DNA of 64,000 nucleotides from an uncultured delta proteobacterium (GTDB lineage Bacteria; Bdellovibrionota; FAC87; UBA2466): NCBI GenBank assembly GCA_963778115.1, contig CAVZSV010000005.1, positions 352,001 to 416,000 of the forward strand, read 5' to 3'. Shown piece by piece: positions 29,985 to 40,200 of this stretch (position 1 is its first letter; each line of letters starts with the position of its first letter). The notes under the pieces were generated by a model. It saw only the letters and a program-made list of their open reading frames with translations, ran no database searches and was not told where the DNA came from. The position numbers and the translations under genes were made by a program.

Positions 29985-30892
29985 ATGCGATATCTTTCTG
30001 GGCTAACTTCCTTAACAATACTTTTCCTATCTGCAGCGATTATCCATGCATAGCAGTATGCCACTTGCCCCACGACCGGGCTGAAAGTCGTCTCAACGGA
30101 TGCCGGGATCTTTCCTGATACCGATGAATTTGTCTTTTACATCGGTGGTTCGCCCAATTTCTCTTCGACCGCGTTTCCCGAGTTTGTATTGAAAAACGCA
30201 AAGACGAAAGTTCAGTACACCGTTTTTGCCGATGCTTACCATGCCGATGTCCCAGGTTGTAGCGCCCCGTGCTTCCCAGCTTCTCGAACCTCCGACCCGA
30301 CTTTTGCCGCAGCCGTAAAAGCCGGGGATTTGCAGGTCATCTCGTGCACAGAAATGCTCCCGACAAGGCCATTAGCCAATCCGAATCCTCCGGAAGGGGA
30401 TTTTCAGGTTCAAACGGTCTCGTGTCGCTTCTCCTATACTTTGCCGGGAGGCCAGAATCTCTCCTTTCCCAAACCTCACAGTTGTATTTTTACCCTTATG
30501 GGAGACACTTCTCAGACGTACTCTTGTACCGTAACCGTGTTAGACGATACTTCAAATGACGCCGATGTTCGGTGGACACCTCTGCTTTTGTCTCAAAGCT
30601 GCCCATCAACATCAGCGCCACTGCACCCACCATCCCGGGTTGTACTGTCGCTAGTACGTCACTCGCAGAGCTAATACCCGTATTGAGCGGAGGCAACGAA
30701 AGCTTCGAGGTCGAAAGCGCATCTTCCATCGAGCTATCCCAAGCGCCCGTCAAATGTACTAAGAAAAATAAATCCGATAAAAAATGTCTTAAGGGAAATG
30801 AAAAAGCATCTCCAGAACCCGAAGTAGTTACTCTTCCCTTCATCACAACGGGAAATGTGATCAATGACTACAGCTGCCCAACAGCACAGTGA
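29985..30892 (+). pseudogene. Disrupted secreted-protein gene (in-frame TAG plus frameshift)
   Basis: ATG 29985 after GAGGGA gives MRYLSGLTSLTILFLSAAIIHA, then TAG at 30051; the same frame continues into ORF 30189-30674; a frameshift near 30570 leads into ORF 30572-30892. Confidence 0.7.
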
Positions 30893-31002
30893 AAACGAGG
30901 AAAGCTGATCCAAACGCTGTAGAAGAGAACTCTGCAGACTCCTTAGAAAAAAAGAAATAGCACTTCGTTACCCCTCTAATTCGTGATAGCAAAGTTTTCT
31001 TC

Positions 31003-32460
31003 GTGAAGACGGGAGTGGATGTGTTGCGGAACTGGTGGCGCCAAAGTGGATGGCTTCTAATAGTGTTAGGGGGGATATCAAGCAATCTTCGGGCGTTCAC
31101 TTTCACCCATTCCGCGGCCTTCGGTCTTGCCTCTGAAATCCGCAGATCGCTGGGTCAACAGCAGCGCCATGGAGCTAAAGACACGCTCTCTATTGATGCC
31201 ATCAATTTAGGTTACCGCAATCTCCCTCGCTGGGAAGTCTCCGGCGAAGAGTTACGTGAACTAAAATTTTATATGCAACAATGGAGATTGCGAACGCACC
31301 GGTATCTAGTCGACTACTTGAGAGATCCCGACGGAATGCTTAGCAGATACCAAGGGCCTTCCAAAATCCTTCCCATCCCACCCGTTAAGAAAACGAAGTT
31401 TGGCTGGGACGTATGGTCCCGAGATCGAACCCTGTCACTCCCCTTCTACGACTATTGGAAAGGAATATTGTATCTGCGAGGCCTAGAGCTAAAATCTGGG
31501 GACATGCTCATCACCGATCAAAATATGCCCGATGGAGACGGAGTTTTCACCTCCATAACCAAAGAGCCAAGACTCGGCTCGCACATCGGTTTTCTTGCCT
31601 TTTTAGAGGTGGGTGAAGATGTATTTCCTGCCGTTATTGAAATTCATGAATTTGGATTGCGAGCGGTTCCTCTTAACGTTTTTGTGGGACCGGATTTCTC
31701 AAACTACATTGAAGTATTTCGAGCAAGGAACCCTCCTGCCGATTGGGCAAGAACAATATCGAATGTGGGTTTACCCTTTCTTAAAGAGCCGCACTCCTAC
31801 AATCTATGGGGGAATGAAGACGACGCTCGCTATCTTACCTGCGCAACTACGGCGCTGCATCTGCTTCGTCGCACGGGAGCCCCTTGTCCTATCCGACGGA
31901 GTGTCGTCGAGGACCAAGGGTTGCTGAGAGCTAATTTGGCTTTACTAGGCTACCATCCCGACAAACTCTTGATGCCATGTGATTTTGTCAAAGATTCTCA
32001 ATTCGAATTCGTGGGAGCACTGGATTATCTCAGAGTAAAAACAAATATGGTTAGCGAGATGATGGGAAATCATATGGCCTATCTGCTGAAAAACTATCGG
32101 GTGGATGCTTCGACCTTTCCCCAGGGGTTTAAAATGAATCGATGGGGCTTAGATGAGATGGCCAAAGGCAGTTGGGCGGGCAGAGCGTTTATTCGCTGGT
32201 ATGGTTTTAACGAAAATAACTTGCCGTCCGGTCCCAGAGATCTCATGGCTATCTTCAAAGTGATGGAGCCGCTCTATTATAAAGCGTCTCGATGGCAAAG
32301 AGTGAATTGCAGAACGATTGTGGGAAATCTGGGTGAGCAGGGTGAGGGTTTAGCCGACGATCTCATTTCGATCAATGATATCCAAAACGACGAAAACGTT
32401 CGACGATCTCTTATGCAAGCCTATGAGGAAATCGGCCGCTGGTTTAAGCCGGTCGAGTGA
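31003..32460 (+). CDS. Exported protein with permuted papain-like (YiiX/YaeF, NlpC/P60) amidase domain
   Basis: LKSGDMLI, SHIG, VIE...G.R.VPL and YN...YLTCA motifs, with His before Cys. Confidence 0.65.
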   Translation: MKTGVDVLRNWWRQSGWLLIVLGGISSNLRAFTFTHSAAFGLASEIRRSLGQQQRHGAKDTLSIDAINLGYRNLPRWEVSGEELRELKFYMQQWRLRTHRYLVDYLRDPDGMLSRYQGPSKILPIPPVKKTKFGWDVWSRDRTLSLPFYDYWKGILYLRGLELKSGDMLITDQNMPDGDGVFTSITKEPRLGSHIGFLAFLEVGEDVFPAVIEIHEFGLRAVPLNVFVGPDFSNYIEVFRARNPPADWARTISNVGLPFLKEPHSYNLWGNEDDARYLTCATTALHLLRRTGAPCPIRRSVVEDQGLLRANLALLGYHPDKLLMPCDFVKDSQFEFVGALDYLRVKTNMVSEMMGNHMAYLLKNYRVDASTFPQGFKMNRWGLDEMAKGSWAGRAFIRWYGFNENNLPSGPRDLMAIFKVMEPLYYKASRWQRVNCRTIVGNLGEQGEGLADDLISINDIQNDENVRRSLMQAYEEIGRWFKPVE

Positions 32461-32546
32461 CCTTCGTGACGCGGCGGGATCATGGCATTCAATTGCCATT
32501 CCTTACTCCTTTAGTTTTTTCGGTAGAAAAGATAAAATCAGACATT

Positions 32547-33362
32547 ATGAAAACTAAAATGCTTCTGTGGGGATTGGCGTCGTTAGTGTCGTTTAACGGA
32601 CATGCGCAATCCATGGTTTCAGGAATTAAGATGGTTTGGCATTGCGAAGCGTCCGGGAGAATGCCGGAAGGAAATCTCACCCAGTGGCTGACTAAAGGAC
32701 ATGCTCGAATAGAAAGTGACGTCATGCTCCCTGGCCATAAAAAAGGGTATCTGCTGCTCGATCAAAAAACCTCAGATGGCTTTGTGGTCATGGACAGTTC
32801 TCAAAGTTATCTAATGATGAACAACAAAACTGAGGATCAAGACTTCACATCCGTTCTTCAGAATAATCCTCAAATGCAGGAGATGATGCGCAAAAACCCC
32901 GAAATGGCCAAAAAAATGCGCGAGAGCCTAATGGCTCGAAACCAAGGTTCTACCGCCGAAGCGGAAGCTAAGATAGCCATCGTGATGAGCGGCGAGAAAC
33001 GCCGGGTGGGGGACTGGAATTGTCAGGTGGCGAAAATGACCAGGAACCAAATCGACTCGGGAGAACTTTGCATTGCCTCTTGGAAAGATCTTAAAGTAAA
33101 CCCATCTGAATTTTCAGACCTCTCCACGATTACTAAACAATTTAACAAGCGTCCTGGAGTTAACTTGGCGGGCCTCTCTTCGTTCGATCGCATCAAAGAT
33201 AAGGGATTCCCCGTCGAAGTACTTTCAGCGCCTCGGGGAAAGGAACATCCTCACCGAATGACATTAGTCTCGATAGAGGCAAAATCATTTCCTTCGACCC
33301 TTTTTCAAGTTCCCCCCGGATACCATAAGCTATCGCTACCCGACATGACATCCGCGCATTAG
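32547..33362 (+). CDS. Secreted DUF4412-like protein
   Basis: Signal peptide; RIE, GEKRRVGDWNC, GFPV and LFQVPPGYHK motifs. Confidence 0.75.
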   Translation: MKTKMLLWGLASLVSFNGHAQSMVSGIKMVWHCEASGRMPEGNLTQWLTKGHARIESDVMLPGHKKGYLLLDQKTSDGFVVMDSSQSYLMMNNKTEDQDFTSVLQNNPQMQEMMRKNPEMAKKMRESLMARNQGSTAEAEAKIAIVMSGEKRRVGDWNCQVAKMTRNQIDSGELCIASWKDLKVNPSEFSDLSTITKQFNKRPGVNLAGLSSFDRIKDKGFPVEVLSAPRGKEHPHRMTLVSIEAKSFPSTLFQVPPGYHKLSLPDMTSAH

Positions 33363-33401
33363 ATAGGCCTTCAAAAGCCCAAAAGTATCCAAGAAGTAAA
33401 C

Positions 33402-34553
33402 CTAGTCTCTAATCACGTTTTGTTGGGGTATGGCCTGAATGATTTTTCTACTCGCTAGCAAGATCTCCTCAATCTTATCGTCGTTAAGACATTTGCCCAC
33501 CAAAACGGATCGAAGACTCGCTTTAGTAAGCGCTCGGTAAGTTCTTAACGTCGACTCTCGTATCGAATCGATGCGAACGGGAGCGTGGTTTTTAAAGCCC
33601 CTTCCGCGCACCCAGACTTGGTTTCGCCAAAAGACAATATCCATGCTCTGATCGGTAATATAGTCTCTTTGAAACGCCCAAAATCTCTGACTATTGGATT
33701 CATTTACCCAAGGTTTCAAAAACCTGACAAAATCTTCAAGGCTCGGACGACTCAAATGAATTGCCGTATGAAAGGGAAAAGCCTCGGGCCAATCGGGAGC
33801 CATGATTTCTTTCTTAAAGTGATAGGCAACGCGAAAGGGATTTTCTCCGTAATTAATCTGCTGACTTCCACAAATATCGGCGTTGTCTATCCAGCCGGTA
33901 TTATATCCCTCATCGACGATAATGTTTCCCCAGTTGGGATCATTTTGGCCGTAAGTAAAACGAAAGATGTCCCTAGCTCCTTTCTGCCAGGCGGGGACGA
34001 GGGGCCATATAGATTCCCTGATGTCCTTACGGTTCATGTCGATAGCAGTAGGAATAAAGTATTGAACGCTGCCTAGTGTCCCTTGGATTTGACTTAGGGC
34101 CTCGGAGTCAATTCGGAATCGGCCCATCTCTTTTGCGATGTCTCGATAGACGGTCGGAGGGACGTTTCGCAACCCGTGCAAGTAGCGAACTGCGCGATAC
34201 GCCGAAATTTCGCCGTCCGCATTTCCATTTCGATTATCCTTCCAAACTCCCTGAGGGCCTGATCGAAACGTCAGGAGTAGGGCCCCCGTCGAACCCGAGG
34301 CATTTTTCTCGGTTGCCACCAGATGGCTTCGCATTACTTTGATGTCCACGATCTCATCCGATTCTAGAATCTTTTCGACCTTGGCAAAGACCACTTTGTC
34401 GTACCAAGGTCTGCGATCCACGGAAAAAGCACAGGCCGTATGGGGAGGGCGAGTCCAAGGCGGGTGGGTCGTGGGCAAGCCATGCGTGCGTTGGGGCAAC
34501 CACAGAAAGAAAAGCAAAAGGCCGAAAGAGAGGCTTGTACGTCTTTTTATCAC
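33402..34553 (-). CDS. Signal-peptide protein with PI3/4-kinase/HipA-like kinase domain
   Basis: GSTGA loop, GVWK, EISAY, VPPTV, GSVQYF, NDPNWGNI and IDN motifs. Confidence 0.7.
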   Translation of the reverse strand: MIKRRTSLSFGLLLFFLWLPQRTHGLPTTHPPWTRPPHTACAFSVDRRPWYDKVVFAKVEKILESDEIVDIKVMRSHLVATEKNASGSTGALLLTFRSGPQGVWKDNRNGNADGEISAYRAVRYLHGLRNVPPTVYRDIAKEMGRFRIDSEALSQIQGTLGSVQYFIPTAIDMNRKDIRESIWPLVPAWQKGARDIFRFTYGQNDPNWGNIIVDEGYNTGWIDNADICGSQQINYGENPFRVAYHFKKEIMAPDWPEAFPFHTAIHLSRPSLEDFVRFLKPWVNESNSQRFWAFQRDYITDQSMDIVFWRNQVWVRGRGFKNHAPVRIDSIRESTLRTYRALTKASLRSVLVGKCLNDDKIEEILLASRKIIQAIPQQNVIRD

Positions 34554-35095
34554 AGCTTTTTAGCTAGCCGTTTTAGGAGGTATTTTCAAGCCTATGGAAA
34601 GACCGATGATGAGGGAAAAGTGCTGACTAGTAAGCCCGCCTTCAGGTTCGGGGCTTGGTTATGACATTTACGATGCTAGAAGTTATGCGGAATCCCGAGC
34701 CAACCGATCCGTGGAAGAAGCCGCCGAAAGAGATAGGCTAAAAGATAAGAGGCAAGAGAAATAGTTTTTTTGGGATTACGGCGTAATTCTTACCCTTACT
34801 TGCGCGGCCGTGCTGCTGGAGCAGAAGCCACCTTCGAAGCTTTAGCTGGAGCTAGCGGCGCTACCGGAATTGCGGGTGTCACTGCCTCCGAAGGCAGCTG
34901 AGAGCAGTTTTTCGCCGTGAATAAAAGGAAACTCGAAGAGAGAAATCCCGCGTAGAAGAAAAACGGCACGTCGTGCACTTTCCCAACGCATAAGCGAATT
35001 GCTATGGGGTCTTTCTGCGTGGGTAGCCCCGGCATAGTGCTTACATTTTTCGCAACGGACGACGAGAAGTAGCCCTTTTCTGATACAATTTGGTG

Positions 35096-35386
35096 ATGAA
35101 TCATTCCAAAAGTGTTTTCACCCATTTCATCGCCTTCCTTATCGGCGGGTTTATATTCTCGCAGCTTCAGCTCGTTCCGGCCTTTCTTGGGCTATCAGGA
35201 TTCGTACATCAGAGGGAGATCCAAAGACTAAGGGGCGAAGCACTAGCTCTCCTGAATGAGAACCTGGAAGTGGAAGCGGTTAGAGTGTTCCGCCATCTGC
35301 TCGATCTCGACCGTACTGAAATCGCCGCGGTGAGTGGGCTGAACGGGATCGCTAAAAGGCTTGAAGAATGCGAAGCCAAAAAATAA
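35096..35386 (+). CDS. Small membrane-anchored protein with a TPR-like helix pair
   Basis: N-terminal hydrophobic helix; EAVRVFRHLLDLD...A..GL pattern. Confidence 0.45.
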   Translation: MNHSKSVFTHFIAFLIGGFIFSQLQLVPAFLGLSGFVHQREIQRLRGEALALLNENLEVEAVRVFRHLLDLDRTEIAAVSGLNGIAKRLEECEAKK

Positions 35387-35441
35387 GAAAGTAAAAGCCA
35401 GTTTCCTGGCTTTTACCCTCTCGGACTTTTCGTCCTCTTAT

Positions 35442-35546
35442 TTACGCTGCAACTTTGAATTGTCCCCACGCCTGGACCTGCTTTGCGTCAGAGTAGATCA
35501 CTTCGGTAGTGAGTCCGCCTCCGTTCACAGCCGTCAGGTAGGTTCC
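35442..35546 (-). pseudogene. 3' fragment of a fascin-like (beta-trefoil) repeat gene
   Basis: Minus strand reads GTYLTAVNGGGLTTEVIYSDAKQVQAWGQFKVAA*, matching the bacterial fascin-repeat pattern YLTA..GGG...D......WE.F; similarity ends at repeat R1. Confidence 0.6.
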
Positions 35547-35672
35547 GTAGAGAGACCCTCTGAGGTAGCGGCGGCCCTTACGTACCACGACGGGCCGCCA
35601 AATGGCGATAACCAAACCTATAGCTAAAAGCTCGGCTTTTTCAAAAAATGGTGAGTTATCCTGCCTATCCGT
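35544..35672. repeat. Repeat R1, ~128-bp element paralogous to 45210-45336
   Basis: TCCGTAGAGAGACCC.CTGAGGTAGCGGCGGCCCT...GTTATCC.GCCTATCCGT aligns end to end with R3. Confidence 0.9.
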
Positions 35673-35747
35673 TTGGCCCCCCTCGTCTTGTCTAAAACCG
35701 GAAAAATGGTAAACGCATCTGGTATTTCATTCTAAAAGGAGGAACCC

Positions 35748-36062
35748 ATGAAAAAGCTAGTTTTTTCCGTTTTCATTATACTGAGCCACCTATCTCTTCA
35801 ATCAGGCCTAGCTGCCAACAAGTGCGGACAGATTAAGGAGATCGATAAAGATACGGGCTGGTATTTTGGGAGCGACTATATTTATTACTCCACAGTAACT
35901 CTTGCCGATGCCTCAACCGCTCTGGTCCTATCTTCTAATTTCTCAACGCTCTCCACCGCCCTGGCCAATAATTTGAATGTGTGTCTGGTCGTCCAAAATC
36001 TTACCAACTATCAGAACGTTCCCAATCAGCCCGTCTACGACATCAGCTCCCTGTCAAAATGA
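35748..36062 (+). CDS. Small secreted protein, possibly OB-fold
   Basis: AAGGAGG SD; signal peptide; two Cys in the mature region. Confidence 0.75.
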   Translation: MKKLVFSVFIILSHLSLQSGLAANKCGQIKEIDKDTGWYFGSDYIYYSTVTLADASTALVLSSNFSTLSTALANNLNVCLVVQNLTNYQNVPNQPVYDISSLSK

Positions 36063-36308
36063 GGTTTCGGCGAAGAATCGATCGACCCATGCGTAGAGGG
36101 TCGTCTTAGGGGTGGGATTCCCTCTGCTGACAGCGTGTGGAGAATTTCACCGTGACGAAAATTATCGGGAAAATTTGCGTCCGAGGTTAAGGCACCGGGA
36201 TCGGAAACCTTGATCTGAATGGTCCGTTATCGTTGGAATAAGTTTCATGAATGATACGCCATGCGATTGATTACCAGAGTTTGGGGGTTCTTGTGACCAA
36301 CTGGATTG

Positions 36309-36782
36309 CTAGGTGCCTAAGTGTGGATCTGGCGCTCCGCGGTTTGTGAAGGAGGTGTATGAAACATTGTAGAGAAGAACCGCGCCATAAATGGCGAGAG
36401 CGATCTCAGCCCCCTCTAAGGCGAGTCGAGAGTGGCCATTTTTGTTATAACCAAGTCTAGGCCGCCTAATTCCAGTCTTATCATCGACAAAGTGATGAAG
36501 ATATTTTCCAAGAGTTCGAGAAAAGGTCTTCGAAGCCATAACGACATAGGCCAAAGCCGTGGATCCCCGTCCAAAAAGCTTCGAAAATGTCGAATGGGCT
36601 TGTTCAGAGAAATTATAAACCGCGGCTTCGTTGATTTTTCCTTCAGCAACGAGATCACTGAGCTCGGGAGTCTCGATGGCCGTTCGAGCTAACTCGAGAA
36701 CGAAGTTCTCAGGTCTTGCTGCCTGTTGAAGCCAGAGAGCTTCGGTGGTTCCTTCTTTCTCTCCCGGGCGGATGACCACCAC
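36309..36782 (-). pseudogene. Probable 5'-truncated gene fragment with a C-terminal TM helix
   Basis: No SD or clear start; the frame runs into repeat R2. Confidence 0.45.
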
Positions 36783-36788
36783 CGTTAG

Positions 36789-36850
36789 CCGTAGAGAGGC
36801 CCTCCGTAGAAACCCTCTGACGTGCTGGGCCCCCTCAGGTTATCCCGCCT
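36789..36850. repeat. Repeat R2, internally deleted/rearranged copy of R1/R3
   Basis: CCGTAGAGAGGCCC-TCCGTAGAAACCCTCTGA...GGTTATCCCGCCT keeps both ends of the element. Confidence 0.7.
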
Positions 36851-37049
36851 GTAACCACCTCACTTCAACTCGACGTGCCATTGAAATGTGAAGACTATGA
36901 AGAGTAGTAGCTGCCGGGCACCAGGAATGACGCAATTGGATATAATAGCTATTAATCGTTTTTTGAGGCACCTGGCCGGTCCACCTCTTCAAACGGTTAC
37001 TTCCCTGTCGCTTAAGCGACGCACGAACGATCATAAATTAGAGGCGCGT

Positions 37050-37217
37050 ATGCGGAGAATAAAAATCCTTTCCTTACTGATATTCCTGGGACTCGGTGCT
37101 TGTACTAAGAGTACTCCGTCGGGGGCAGCGGGTTCGGCTTCTCTTCCTACTTCTCAAACCAGTGCCGCTCCCCACATGAAAATATATCGAGGGATCTCAA
37201 GTATCAGCGGGAATTGA
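37050..37217 (+). CDS. 55-aa lipoprotein A
   Basis: GAGG SD; lipobox LGAC; S/T/P/A linker; C-terminal PHMKIYRGISS. Confidence 0.85.
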   Translation: MRRIKILSLLIFLGLGACTKSTPSGAAGSASLPTSQTSAAPHMKIYRGISSISGN

Positions 37218-37252
37218 CCGGAATACATTGAGAAAAAAAGAAAAACTTATTT

Positions 37253-40200
37253 ATGAGTTCCGCCGCAAATAGAAAGCTAAAGAACATAAGACGAAATGGC
37301 TTGGCTCTCGTCTTTTGCTTTCCGTTGTTCTTTAGTCCCTGCTACACTTTTGCGGACACTGTAGACAGCGGTTGGATCTTTGGCTTGAGTTGCAATGCTT
37401 TCGGAACGACAGGGTCCGGAAGTTTCACCTTCGCTCAATCTAGCCTCTCGGGCTCTTCCGGTTCGTGCGAGAGAACTTCCAACGCTTTTACCCAGCTTTC
37501 TCTAGGCTCCTATTCCGGATCGGGTACTCCTTTGGCCGACACCGTTTACGCGGTCAATACCGGAGATGTCCTAATCGTGCCTCCCCTTTTATCCACCGAA
37601 TACGAGCCGATCTTTTCGGTGGCAAATGCCGCGGTTGCTATCGGACCTTATACCGCGAATTGGATCGAAGTGCAGTGGCCCAACAGTACAGAAACTCTTA
37701 CAGGCACTTATCTTATCGGACAAGCTACCATAGATCCGTCAACTTCAGCGGGGGGGAACGGAATCGTCCTTACCGGGCAATGGGACATTGATGGAAACCC
37801 CTATTGGTCAGGATCCACCAACATGCCGGGCACCTGGGGTACGGATGACAATGCCGGGGTTTACACCGCAAGCGGCGGAGGCGGAGCGCTCGAAGGGGTC
37901 GCCTACTTTACCTCGGCCGGAGCCGGAGCTTATAAGGCAAACCCCGGAAGTGCTACGTTCTTCTTTCCCCAACAAGCCATCTTCTCGCTAGAAACGCTGG
38001 CGGGAATCACCTTTTCGGGCATCATGTTTGACGCAAACCAATCAACGGGAGGCGATGTCACCAATGTTCAAGTCGTAAGTAACGCCTATGGCACCGCCTT
38101 TACCGTGACTCCCTTCAGCGACGTGGGAACGAATACCCTTAGCCCTTCCTTTTACGATACCATTTCAATTAGCAATGAAAATTATCCGGCCAATGGCATT
38201 TTCGTGGGAACCGTCACCCGCACGGGAACAGGTGCCGGAACGGGTAACCTCGCTTGCATAGTCAATATCACAACGGAAGACCGAGTGATCTGCTCAGGCC
38301 AGTCACCCAGTAATAACTCAATTCCTTACAATGTAAGTTTTGCCTACACCGCGGGAGGAACGGGGGGCCCGAATATTTACATTTCGGACACCTATAATTC
38401 CGTCATTCGAGAAGTGGATGGCGGCACGGGTATCATCACGACCATCGCGGGAAACGGAACTCCGAGCTATACGGGTGACGGAAATCCGGCAACTTCGGCA
38501 ACGCTTAACAACCCTACCGGTATCACCTTGGATAGTTCGGGAAATATCTACATTAGCGATTGGACTAATAACGTCATTCGAGAGGTGTATGCCACGACCG
38601 GAATCATCACCACATACACCAGCATCGAGTTAAGCGATTGCCCCTTGATGGCCATCGCAGGCCTTGCGATGGATCCGGGAGGAACGCTCTATATTGCAGA
38701 TTATGGCAGCAACATTATTCTTCCTTCTGGCTACGGATACGAATCTTTCGTTGGAGATGGAGATGGAGGAACTGGCTATTCGGGTGATGGAGGGTATGCC
38801 GCTTCGGCAAAATTTAATTATCCCAAGGGAGTCGCCGCAGACGGAGCGGGAAATCTCTTTATTGCCGACACCGGTAATAACGTGGTTCGATTTATTTACG
38901 ACATGAGTACGGTGTCAACCATCGCGGGAAACTACAGTGCAGGGCCGGGCTACTCGGGCGATGGGGGACCCGCGACCTCGGCGCAATTAAATGGTCCTAG
39001 TGACGTTGCACTGGATAGCGCGGGCAATCTCTACATCGCAGACTCCAATAATAACGTCATTCGAGAAGTGAATGCCACGACCGGAATCATCACCACCGTC
39101 GCTGGAAATCAAGCGGCTGGCGCTGGCTATTCAGGAGACGGGATGCCAGCGACCTCAGCCCAACTAAAAAGTCCCACTGGTATTGCCGTAGACACTTCCG
39201 GAAATATCTATATCTCAGATACCGGCAATAGCGCCATTCGATTGGTAAGTGCCGGCATCATCACCACCATCGCAGGAAGTTCATTTCTTGGCGCGGGTTA
39301 CTCGGGTGATGGAGGATCTGCGATCTCAGCCCAACTGAATGGCCCCCAGGGCATCGCTCTCGCTGCGATTCCCTACCCTGCGACTCGTACCTGCACCTCT
39401 GGGGGGAGCACGTCTGGCTGGTGTGCGATGTGTTCCGACAACACCTCCGTCGCAAACGGATCTTGCAATGTATGTAGCGGGGATGGGACCACGACCGCCA
39501 ACTCATGTGCGTCCTGTGGAGATGGATCGCAAACTGCTAGCGTGAGCAACTGCCACTCCTGCGGAGGAACTACCACTGTTAGCCAGTGCAATAACTGTAC
39601 TGACGGGACATCCGCACCGAGCTGCTACTTTTGCGAGGATGGATCGTCAAGCGCTAACTCTGCCGGATGTAAGTATTGCTCGGGCACCTCTTCGAATTCC
39701 GGTTGTGGTGGTAGTGGCATGTGCGGAGATGGAACCAGTGGGCAATGTATAACCTGCTCCAATGGAACTAACTCGGCCGCTTGTGATGGCTGTGGCGACG
39801 GCACCACCGTGGGAGAGTATCAGAGTTGTCAGAATTGCTCGAACGGCGCAAATTCGGCTTCCTGCAATTCCTGCAGTGATGGAACCTCAGTGGCCATCAC
39901 TCAATCCTGTAACGGCTGCAGTGATGGAACCTCAAGCGCCAATGCCTGCAACATTTGCTCGGATGGATCGACAACCGCAGGGAGCTGCTACTCTTGCTCG
40001 GATGGATCGACAAGCGCTAGCTCTGGCGGATGTGGGTATTGCGGGGGCACCTCTTCGAATCCCAGTTGTAGTGGTGGTGGCGGCGGTAATAGCACGTGTG
40101 GAGATGGATCCCTTGGGACATGTCAAACCTGCTCCAATGGAACTAACTCGGCTGCTTGTACTTCCTGCAGTGATGGAACCTCAGTGGCCATCACTCAATC

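Noticed and set aside
34590..35125. ORF 34796-35125 and nearby short frames as genes
   Set aside because: No convincing start, SD or motif; possibly debris of decayed genes.
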